Assembly: GCA_964016885.1 (NCBI GenBank)
Contig: OZ024740.1
Location: 65,410,001 to 65,474,000 of the forward strand
DNA from: Eledone cirrhosa
Taxonomy: Eukaryota
Length of the DNA stretch: 64,000 bases
Direction of reading: 5' to 3'
The position numbers and the translations under genes were made by a program. Shown here piece after piece: positions 28,234-38,308 of this stretch. The notes under the pieces were generated by a model that worked only from the letters and a program-made list of their open reading frames with translations, made no database searches and was not told where the DNA came from. Within the stretch, counting starts at the first letter, position 1; each line of letters opens with the position of its first letter.

Positions 28234-29226
28234 CTACATTTTAAATTTATATTTATATTTAAAAGTTGAGTTCAATCTATGTCTGCAGCAACTGAATAAA
28301 TTTGTCCGTAAATTAAGTGAATTTTTAGATTTTAGTATAAAGAATATCTCCTCCGCGCAGAGGTCACATGTCTCAGAGGATGAATTAAAAGGAATCCCTC
28401 TTGAGACTATATTCCAAGCCGTCGAATATCCAACGTTATCATGCTTAAGTTGCCAGAGTAAGCCTGATAGTGATGTTGAAGATTTTTTGCTTGGATCTGT
28501 GAAAGAATTCTTGTGGTTATTATAGCGAAGTTTAAATTCTGTCGAGGTGGAACCAACATAGTTAAAAGAATTTAAGTCCGTTTTAATATTACAGTTGTAT
28601 ATTATATTTTTAACTAAGCAATTGTTATTTAACGGACATTTAGATCTATCTCTACAGTTACATTTGTTTACTTGGATATTATTTATGCTATTATCGGTAT
28701 TTTGGCTAGGTTTTAAATTCCTATTATTTATTCTATTAATATTTTGTGCTAAATTTTTGGTGGATGAGTAAGTTAATTTTATAGTATGTCTATTGAAAAT
28801 TGAGTGATACCTATGTGTTCTAGGGAAGCGATTATCAAGAGCATTAAAAAATAGTTTAGCGATGTGGGTTTTAATGTTTAGTGAGAAAGGGGGGGGGGGG
28901 GGGGCAAACCATATTATATTCCTAGTTCTATTTCTTTTTTGGCTTTTGGAATTATTGTAATGCTTTCTATTATAGTTGTTAAAGTTGTTGCCGTAATTAA
29001 AATTGTTGTTATTTTGGTTAGTTTGTCTATTATTATCTATGTACATAATTTCATCACTATATCCTGCTCTAGCTAACGCTTCATTGTAATACTGGGCTTT
29101 TTCATCGAAAATCTTTTTATTAGATGAGATTCTAGAGATACGTTTTTGAACAGAGTTCACTATAGTATTTTTAACAGATCTGGGGTGGTTAGAGTTAAAA
29201 CTGACATAGTTTAAGTTTTCATTCAA
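28234..29226 (-). pseudogene. Penelope RT thumb, linker and GIY-YIG endonuclease (open frame, 5'-truncated)
   Basis: CNCR..CPL..CL, NIIY..YVGST..FKLRYNNH and CDLCAEE..IL motifs. No N-terminal part. Confidence 0.88.
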
Positions 29227-29244
29227 CTTGTGAGGTTATTGAGT

Positions 29245-30771
29245 GGTTTTCATTCAACTGGAGAGGTTATTGAGTGGTTTAAAGAAATTAAATATAACAA
29301 TAATAATAAATTTATTCAACTAGATATTGCTAACTATTATTCATCTATTACCTCTAATCTACTAAATAAGGCACTAAATTACGCATTCAAACATACAGAC
29401 CTAACTAGCAATGAAATGCACATTATATTATCGGCTATGAAAACATTGATAGAATTTAATGACCAACTATGGACCAGAGCAGATAGAGAAAACAATTTCG
29501 ACATTACTATGGGATCATCCGACTCAGTCAGGTAACTGACCTTGTGGGCCTATTTATAATCAATTCGCTGCATAGGAAAATACCCGGTGCTACCGGAGGT
29601 TTATATAGAGATGACATGCTTTTACTTATTGAAAATAATAACTCTGAACTAAATAGAAAAAGAAAACAAATTACACAATTTTTTAATTACTTTAATCTAA
29701 AAATAGAAATTGAGAATAACCATAGAATAGTCAATTTCCTAGATGTAACATTAAATCTCAACACATGTCTTCACTATCCATTTCACAAGTTGAATGAAAA
29801 CTTAAACTATGTCAGTTTTAACTCTAACCACCCCAGATCTGTTAAAAATACTATAGTGAACTCTGTTCAAAAACGTATCTCTAGAATCTCATCTAATAAA
29901 AAGATTTTCGACGAAAAAGCCCAGTATTACAATGAAGCGTTAGCTAGAGCAGGATATAGTGATAAAATTATGTACATAGATAATAATAGACAAACTAACC
30001 AAAATAACAACAATTTTAATTACGGCAACAACTTTAACAACTATAATAGAAAGCATTACAATAATTCCAAAAGCCAAAAAAGAAATAGAACTAGGAATAT
30101 AATATGGTTTGCCCCCCCTTTCTCACTAAACATTAAAACCCACATCGCTAAACTATTTTTTAATGCTCTTGATAATCGCTTCCCTAGAACACATAGGTAT
30201 CACTCAATTTTCAATAGACATACTATAAAATTAACTTACTCATCCACCAAAAATTTAGCACAAAATATTAATAGAATAAATAATAGGAATTTAAAACCTA
30301 GCCAAAATACCGATAATAGCATAAATAATATCCAAGTAAACAAATGTAACTGTAGAGATAGATCTAAATGTCCGTTAAATAACAATTGCTTAGTTAAAAT
30401 ATAATATACAACTGTAATATTAAAACGGACTTAAATTCTTTTAACTATGTTGGTTCCACCTCGACAGAATTTAAACTTCGCTATAATAACCACAAGGATT
30501 CTTTCACAGATCCAAGCAAAAAATCTTCAACATCACTATCAGGCTTACTCTGGCAACTTAAGCATGATAACGTTGGATATTCGACGGCTTGGAATATAGT
30601 CTCAAGAGGGATTCCTTTTAATTCATCCTCTGAGACATGTGACCTCTGCGCGGAGGAGATATTCTTTATACTAAAATCTAAAAATTCACTTAATTTACGG
30701 ACAAATTTATTCAGTTGCTGCAGACATAGATTGAACTCAACTTTTAAATATAAATATAAATTTAAAATGTA
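29245..30771 (+). pseudogene. Penelope RT-GIY-YIG ORF, 5'-truncated and frameshifted
   Basis: LDIANYYSSI, ITMGSSDS, GLYRDD and VNFLDVTL motifs. Frameshifts near 29533 and 30398. Confidence 0.9.
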
Positions 30772-31877
30772 GTATATTTACTTATGATTTATAATTATTT
30801 ATGAAACTCGCCGATAAATCTTTCGATTTCTTTTTTTTAACATTCTTCATGAATAATTAAACTACCCTAAAAGCTGATGCTCCAAATATATCGAATAAAT
30901 TTTACACTAGATAAACTTCTATAATAAATATAAGACCATCTGTAGATCAAATGGGTATCCTAAACTTTTGGAATGATTTCTGCTAGACAGGATTTGGTAA
31001 ATAATTTTGGTTTTGTTTGCTTTTGATTCTGATGCTTATAATGAACTTGGCAATATATTGTCAATTAATTTTGAAGGGTTGATCTCTGTGGTTGATTTGC
31101 GGGGCATACTGTGTTTTATTTTTAATATTTTTTAATTTTTTGATATTTTTTATTGATATATTGATATCTGTTGTCTATTTATGCTTGAACGATAATCATG
31201 TAGAGTAAAGACAAGAATAGTATTGTTAAAATTAATGTAGATTCTATATATATTTGTGTGTATGTACACAAATATGTATACTAGAATTTTTATAGCACAA
31301 TGAGAATGTTTTCATGTGAAATAGGAATTTGCAGAGTTGATCACGTAAATTCACATGGAAGTCTATAGTATCGAATCTGGGATAACCTTCTATTTTCTTT
31401 TTCTTTTTCTTTTTTCATGAAAGTGCATATATACTTATGTATTTCAATTTTTTTTGAAGTTTTTTATCTCTGTTTTTTTATCTCAGTTTTTTATCTCAAT
31501 TTTTTAACTCAGCTCTAATATAAACCTAGGAATTTTAAACTAGACATATGATCATTATTTTTCACACATTATTGATACGTGTCTCATTCATGAATACTGA
31601 TATTTACATTATAATACCTAATTCATACGAATTGATATTTTTACATTGATGAAACATAATGTTTTAAATCTGCCTCGTTTATCTCTGGATATTTTTCTTT
31701 TCTCTCTATGTAACGGCTGTTTTCTCTCCTAACCACATATATCTCTCTCTACCTTAATACTAGAACTAAATAAATAAATAAATAAATAAATATATCATTG
31801 ATACGTCATTCAACTGGTGCCCAACTACCTATTTTCTTTCTCTCTATCTCTATCTATATCTATCTCTCTCTACTTTT

Positions 31878-31909
<32 letters not shown>

Positions 31910-32170
31910 CTCTATCTATCTCCCTCTGTGTTTTTTCTCTCTCTATCTATCTCTCTCTGTTTCTTTACATGAATTTCTTCTCTCTATCTATCTCTCTATA
32001 TCTATCTCTCTCTATTTAGTTGCATGCATTTCTTCTTTTTCTTCGCTTTTTTTTCTTTCTTTCTTTTTATAACTGTCCCTAACATTTTTCACTACCAAAT
32101 CAACTTTTTAAATGAAAGTTGAAGTTGTAAGGTATGTCAAATCTATCTATTTATAAGACTGTTTATATTG

Positions 32171-32236
32171 TATTTAGTCTGAATAAGGCATACCATATTT
32201 TTAATATGATATCCCTGAAATATATATAATGAAATA
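32171..32236 (+). ncRNA. Hammerhead ribozyme copy in the right arm, core mutated
   Basis: Same fold as 26745-26810, but the core reads CTGAATA instead of CTGAAGA. Confidence 0.55.
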
Positions 32237-32384
32237 AATATGGTTTTATAAATATAGTTTCCATTTATTTAATATCGTATATATATATATATATATATAT
32301 ACATACATACATGTATATAAATATGTATATGTATATATATATATATACATACATACATGTATATAAATATATATATTTATATAA

Positions 32385-32423
<39 letters not shown>

Positions 32424-32439
32424 AATATATGTATGTATA

Positions 32440-32945
32440 CGTACATACGTATATGTATACAGACGTACAGTTGTATGTATATATATACATACATGAAGAC
32501 ATATATATATGTACGTATGGGTTTACCGAACATTTATTATAATGTATTTGTAAACAAACAGCTCGAATTTCATTTCATTATTTTCCACTTATCGTTTTCG
32601 GTACGCCCGGCTAATTCACTCGATATGTAAATTAGGCTGCTCAGCCGTTAATATGGATAAGGAAAGTATATACTTTCAAACGTTCAATCATCTGACAGGA
32701 AGGTATACGATGCTGACGATAGCTAATTAGCTTGAAACTCGTTCATCGTTCCTTTGACAGTGCTGAACAAAAGGGCGACGATGGTTGCCGAACACTGTAC
32801 GGCTTAATTTGGGCTGTTTGTTTACAAACAAACCGAACATTATAATAAATGTTCGGTAAACCAATACGTACATATATATATATATATGTGTTCATATATG
32901 TATATATATACATGCTACTGTACGTCTGTATATATATATGTATGA
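32440..32945. repeat. Foldback element with imperfect arms of about 130 bp in TA-rich DNA
   Basis: TACCGAACATTTATTATAATG near 32524 versus CATTATAATAAATGTTCGGTA near 32838, and CAGACGTACAG versus CTGTACGTCTG. Confidence 0.7.
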
Positions 32946-33015
32946 ACGTATATAAACTTATATTCAAGTATCAGCCGTACTAAGAGTGAGAAATTAAATT
33001 TCATTTCATTCTTCT

Positions 33016-33087
<72 letters not shown>

Positions 33088-33282
33088 ATAAAGATTTACA
33101 TATACACACTAGACAAAGTCACAGGTATATATGTGTTTTGGCAACCATTCACGATGTGGCTCAATGATGAATTAATAAATTAAATAATCAGAGCAATATA
33201 CTATAAAGTATGTCCATATAATCATTTGATAATATATATACACAACATTTCCTTTGCCAATTAGCATAATTAACTACGCAAA

Positions 33283-33641
33283 AAATCAATTAGACCAGGC
33301 TATAAGATTAAAAGGCACCAATGAAGAAGTAGTAGATAAATAAACGACAGCAATCAATTCGTGGCAAACCGCCAGAGAATATTTACCCAACATTTCAACA
33401 GCACGTTGAAATCGATTAAATATACCGTCAACCATACACAATTAGGTATAAAATTAAAGTTAGAAGAAATGCATACTTTAATTTTATATCTAATTGTGTA
33501 TGGTTGACGGTACATTTAATCGATTTCCACGTGCTGTTTAAATGTTGGGTAAACATTCTATGGCGGTTGGCCGCGAAGAGATTGCTGTTCTTTATTTATC
33601 TACTATTTCTTCATATTATGACCTGGTCTAATTGATTATTT
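33283..33641. mobile_element. MITE-like or foldback hairpin, arms about 170 bp, spacer 14 bp
   Basis: ACCGTCAACCATACACAATTAG..AAATTAAAGT, then TAGAAGAAATGCAT, then ACTTTAATTT..CTAATTGTGTATGGTTGACGGT. Followed by (TA)n. Confidence 0.8.
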
Positions 33642-33653
33642 GTGTGGTTTATA

Positions 33654-33703
<50 letters not shown>

Positions 33704-33708
<5 letters not shown>

Positions 33709-33822
33709 TTAGTTAAGCAAAGACAGGACCACAAAATTCACAAGGAAGACGTTATTTAAAGAAAGTCAACATAGTTTCAGTATATGTGAGGAATAAGGAG
33801 TGCAGTTATAATTTAATGTAAG

Positions 33823-33823
<1 letters not shown>
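33704..33823 (+). repeat. Short copy of the (TA)n-to-(TAA)n repeat
   Basis: Reverse complement of 47117-47240. Followed by (TAA)n at 33824-33903. Confidence 0.75.
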
Positions 33824-33881
<58 letters not shown>

Positions 33882-33903
33882 TGGGCCAATAATAATAATA
33901 ATA

Positions 33904-36900
33904 GGGCCAAGTGGGATGGCGGATCCACAGATGGCTATGTAAACATACATTCGCCAATCCTCGATAAGAGTGTTTAAATATCGAACATAAACAGTTCGAA
34001 TAACGGTGAAATGGAGACTAGAACGTCATGTGACAGACTCTCACCCAACAGGTGCCCCCTGGCTCAGCAGCAGGAACCTGACTGTCAACCAAATACTGCT
34101 GATGTTGGAGGAAGAAGAAGAAGGAAAGGGGCCAGAACCAACTGGACGAAAGAATTGAATAGAACTGTTATGCAATGCTACCTGAAAAGTAACCCCAAGG
34201 AGAGGGGCTACAGGAGACGGATGCATAACATCTGGAACGAGATTGGTTTATTTAAATTAGATGAACAAAAATTGGCCGGGCAGCCTCGGGTAATAAGAAC
34301 TAATGGGTGGATAAGCGAGCTGGAACTGGAGGAACTGAGCAGAGAGAATGGCTTGGAGATGGCGGGTGTAGTATGCCAGACAAGCGAGCCGGCGGGAAAT
34401 GAAGGTGAGGAGGTCCTGAGAACGGAGGAACCACCCGAAGCAGACAATGATCTGAATACTGAGATAAATAATACCTGGAACAGAGAAACGGCCACTGAGG
34501 AGATGAATGCTGACGGGCTAGGACAAGATTCGGTTGACATCCTAAATTTAGTGGTAGATGAGTTGAACAATGATAGTGGGAGACCTATGAACCTAAGATT
34601 TGTAGACAGGAAAAAGTTAAAAGAAACAACAGCTAAGGTAAACAAAGTCATCCCATACCTTGAGGCGAGGAGTCTTCACCAGTGCAACAATATCCTCAAA
34701 GCAACAGCAAATACGGTGAGGAAACTACTTGGTATAAAAGCGAGAGGAAACAACAGACAAGAAAGAGCAGAGCCGTGGTGGAAGAAGCGACTGAGTGGGC
34801 AAATCGGGGAAATGAGAAATGACATAGGAAAGCTTGAGTCACTACTGAATGGGACACTAAAAAACATAGGCACTAAAAATAGACTGGAAATAAAATACAA
34901 AACTAGGAGTAAAAAGCTAAATATTATCATAGAGGAATTGAAGCAACGCATTGTAGCAAAGAGTGCCAAAATCAGGCGATACGAGAACAGAGTCAGTCAG
35001 TATAAACAGAACCGCATGTTCGACAACAACCAGAAGATGCTGTTTGGACAGCTTGAGGGGAAAGAAAGAGGCAACGACTTGATCCCTGGGGCGGAACAAG
35101 CTAAAACATTCTGGAGAAGAATATGGGAGCAGGATGTTAGACACAATGCCCAGGCAGGGTGGATTGAGACAGTACAGAGGGAGATCGGTGAGCAGGCACA
35201 GCAACAGACTGATTTGAGTATCACAGTTGAAACTCTTAAGGGGCAAGCCAAAAAACTAACCAACTGGAAATCACCAGGCCCAGATGGTGTGCAGGGGTAT
35301 TGGATTAAACATTTAACATCCCTCCACCCGAAGCTGACGGCCATGTTCAATGACTGCTTGGTGTCGGGTGAGGTGCCAGAGTGGTTGACAAAAGGTACCA
35401 CAGTTCTGATAATGAAAGACCGAATCAAGGGTAATGATGTTACCAACTATAGACCTATCACATGTCTGCCCGTAATGTGGAAACTGTTGACGAGCATTGT
35501 GTCTGAGGAAATCTACCATCACCTCCACACAAACAACTTGTTGCCGGACGAACAGAAAGGATGCCGAAAGAAGTCACGTGGTACAAAGGACCAGTTGCTT
35601 ATTGATAAGATGGTAATGGGGAATTGCAGGAGGAGAAACACTGATCTTGCCATGGGATGGATAGACTACAGAAAGGCATTTGACATGGTGCCTCATTCCT
35701 GGATCACCAAAAGCCTGGAGATCTTCAGGGTGGCAGATAACATCAGACAGTTGCTGGGCAGGAGTATGGGGTCCTGGGAGACAGAGTTGACATCAACTGG
35801 AGTATCCTTGGGAAGCGTGAAGATCAAGAGAGGTATCTTCCAGGGAGATAGCCTGTCCCCTCTGTTGTTTGTCCTTGCCCTGATGCCCTTGACCATTATG
35901 CTGCGAAAAGTGAGAGCAGGATACAAGTTGGGAAGGGGAGAGCTTACCATCAATCACCTCCTCTTCATGGACGATCTTAAGCTCTTCGGGAAAAGTGAGA
36001 AGGAGTTGGATGTGCTTGTTGACACTGTCCGTATTTTCAGCAGTGATATATGTATGCAGTTTGGTATTGGTAAATGTGGAGTCATTGTGATGAGGAGGGG
36101 TAGGTTGAGCAGAAGTAACGGGATCCAGATACCAACAGGTGAGATGATAAAGGAAATTGACTCTGAGGAAGGATACAAGTATTTGGGCGTTCTGGAGGCT
36201 GATGGCATAAAGAACAAAAAAATGAAGGAATTGTTAAGAACTGAATACATTCGGAGAGTAAGGAGCGTATTGAAGTCACATCTGAACAGCAGAAATGCCA
36301 TAAGCGCAGTAAATTCCCGAGCTGTGTCTATTATTAGGTACAGTGCGGGAATTCTGAGATTGAATGTTGCTGAACAAAAAGAAATGGATAGGAAGACTAG
36401 GAAGCTATTGACTATCTACAACATGTTCCACAAGAGGAGTGATGTCGATAGACTCTACCTAAGGAGATCTGAGGGTGGAAGAGGTCTTATCAACATAGAG
36501 GACTGTGTTCAGATGGAGAAAAATAACCTACACAAATACGTGACTGATAGTAAGGAGCCAATGCTCAGAACTGTACTGAAGGAGGGGACAATAGGCCAGG
36601 GGATGTCCAAGGAGGAAATAACATCAAGGAGGAAGAGCAGCCTTAAGGGAAAATCCCTTCATAGTACCTTCTTTGAGAAAACTGAATTTAGAGATCCACA
36701 GACATGGAACTGGTTGAGAAGAGGAGACCTCAAAAAGGCTACAGAAGGAATGCTAATGGCTGCGCAGGAGCAGGCCCTCAAAACGAAGTGGTTGAAGCAC
36801 CATATCTACAAGGAGGAGGCTAGCCCACTGTGCAGGATCTGTGGAGAGAGAGAGGAGACTGTGGCTCACATTGTGTCCGAGTGTAAACACCTAGCCCAGA

Positions 36901-37150
36901 CCCACTATAAGGGCTGGAGACACGATGTGATGGGCAGGGTGATCCACTGGCACCTGTGCAAAGTAAACAATTTACCACATTCTGAGAAATGGTATGAGCA
37001 TAGGCCAGAGGCGGTGATGGAGAACAATCAGGTGAAGGTGCTGTGGGATTTTAGGATACAGACGGACAAAAAACTGGAACACAATAGACCTGACCTGGTG
37101 GTTGTGGACAAAGAAAAAAGATCGTGTCTGATTGTGAATGTGCCCTGCCC
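33904..37150 (+). mobile_element. R4/Dong-like LINE, family 2, 5'-complete and 3'-truncated
   Basis: Starts directly after (TAA)n. Short 5' UTR, then an uninterrupted ORF that is cut off inside the endonuclease. Confidence 0.92.
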
Positions 37151-37184
37151 AACATCAATGTGCATCTTTTGCAATGGAGTATGA
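34011..37184 (+). CDS. RT, CCHC zinc finger and partial restriction-like endonuclease (1057 aa; last ~10 aa come from a fused fragment)
   Basis: SPGPDG, NYRPITCL, EQKGC, DYRKAFD, GIFQGDSLSP, FMDD, YKYLG, CRIC..H..C, RHD, RPDLVV. The K..KY part of the endonuclease is missing. Confidence 0.85.
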   Translation: METRTSCDRLSPNRCPLAQQQEPDCQPNTADVGGRRRRKGARTNWTKELNRTVMQCYLKSNPKERGYRRRMHNIWNEIGLFKLDEQKLAGQPRVIRTNGWISELELEELSRENGLEMAGVVCQTSEPAGNEGEEVLRTEEPPEADNDLNTEINNTWNRETATEEMNADGLGQDSVDILNLVVDELNNDSGRPMNLRFVDRKKLKETTAKVNKVIPYLEARSLHQCNNILKATANTVRKLLGIKARGNNRQERAEPWWKKRLSGQIGEMRNDIGKLESLLNGTLKNIGTKNRLEIKYKTRSKKLNIIIEELKQRIVAKSAKIRRYENRVSQYKQNRMFDNNQKMLFGQLEGKERGNDLIPGAEQAKTFWRRIWEQDVRHNAQAGWIETVQREIGEQAQQQTDLSITVETLKGQAKKLTNWKSPGPDGVQGYWIKHLTSLHPKLTAMFNDCLVSGEVPEWLTKGTTVLIMKDRIKGNDVTNYRPITCLPVMWKLLTSIVSEEIYHHLHTNNLLPDEQKGCRKKSRGTKDQLLIDKMVMGNCRRRNTDLAMGWIDYRKAFDMVPHSWITKSLEIFRVADNIRQLLGRSMGSWETELTSTGVSLGSVKIKRGIFQGDSLSPLLFVLALMPLTIMLRKVRAGYKLGRGELTINHLLFMDDLKLFGKSEKELDVLVDTVRIFSSDICMQFGIGKCGVIVMRRGRLSRSNGIQIPTGEMIKEIDSEEGYKYLGVLEADGIKNKKMKELLRTEYIRRVRSVLKSHLNSRNAISAVNSRAVSIIRYSAGILRLNVAEQKEMDRKTRKLLTIYNMFHKRSDVDRLYLRRSEGGRGLINIEDCVQMEKNNLHKYVTDSKEPMLRTVLKEGTIGQGMSKEEITSRRKSSLKGKSLHSTFFEKTEFRDPQTWNWLRRGDLKKATEGMLMAAQEQALKTKWLKHHIYKEEASPLCRICGEREETVAHIVSECKHLAQTHYKGWRHDVMGRVIHWHLCKVNNLPHSEKWYEHRPEAVMENNQVKVLWDFRIQTDKKLEHNRPDLVVVDKEKRSCLIVNVPCPTSMCIFCNGV

Positions 37185-37386
37185 TCTTTTGATGCTTTCG
37201 TGTTTCAAAACGAGTTTGATCATCCAATCATGTGATTCCCGTAGATATGTAGATAATCCAATTGTTGCAGTTTTTAACGCAATATCTAACTGGATTAACC
37301 CACGTCCTCCTCCTTCCCCAGGGAGATATATTATATCTGTATCTGCCTTAGGGTGATGCATTCTTTGCATGGTTAAGAATTTTCTA

Positions 37387-37388
<2 letters not shown>
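37151..37388 (-). mobile_element. Internal fragment of Dong-like family 1, 5'-truncated at a (TAA)n tract
   Basis: Matches about 11328-11560 (HHPKAD..GGRGLIQ). (TTA)n at 37389-37430. Confidence 0.85.
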
Positions 37389-37430
<42 letters not shown>

Positions 37431-37431
<1 letters not shown>

Positions 37432-38308
37432 AGCTGTATTTACCATGCTTTATGTTCATACGAGTTATCACCAAGTCACAACCAGTGATCTCAAGAGACA
37501 ACAAGGTCCGCCATTTTCAAGAAAGAACATACATACTCACACACGCATCTTTAGGTGTTTTGACTTGTGATGTACTTATATTGACAGAATGTTCCTTAGT
37601 ATATAGGCAGTTCCCATTAGTACTATATTTTGTATTTTCCTATACGCGGATTTCCTGGGATTTGCGATAAGTAATCATTAGACCCCTTAGGTATCATTAC
37701 TAGAGCGCCTACAACCACTGGTATTGTTTTAGTTCTCAATTTCCACATTTTCCAATTCCTATCTCCAGGTCGTTATAATTGCTCAATTTTTCAAATGTTT
37801 TTATAGATACATTCTTGTCTATTGGAACGGACATATCAATTAGCAGGCATACCCTCTTTTTAAAGTCCTTCAATATTATATCAGGTCTATTTGCATCTAT
37901 TTTTCGGTCTGTTTGCATGCTAAAGTTCCACGAGATTGAGATGTGATCTTTTTCAAGTATATGAGGTGGTTGATGCTCCCACCAATTCTTTTGATGGGGC
38001 AGGTCAAAATGCTTACACTTTATCCAATGTATGTATTGTGCAGCTCTGTTATGCCTGTTTAGGTAATCGGTTGGAGCTATAGGACTGCACATTGAAATTA
38101 TATGGTCAATGGTCTCTGGATGTTTTTTAGATACACGGCATAATGGGCTGCATCCATTTTTTATTATGTTGGCTTGGTAATTTTTTGTTGGCAGACACTG
38201 ATCTTGTGCTGATATAATCAGTCCTTCAGTCTCCGATTTCAGTCCAGATGATGCCAACCAGTGATGGGTTAAAGTTTTGTCAACATCAGGATTGTTAGCT
38301 CGTTCTGG
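37431..38308 (-). mobile_element. 3' part of Dong-like family 1 (zinc finger, endonuclease, 3' UTR)
   Basis: Matches about 10295-11172 and contains RPDIILKD. The 3' end abuts the TTA/TAA tract. Confidence 0.9.

Larger units (their letters stand above)
26617..32279. mobile_element. Penelope-like element forming a 5.6-kb palindrome (5'-truncated sense copy preceded by an inverted copy of its 3' part), flanked by (TA)n
   Basis: About 26702-29238 is the near-perfect reverse complement of about 29782-32279. The spacer encodes the RT core. (TA)n on both flanks. Confidence 0.93.
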
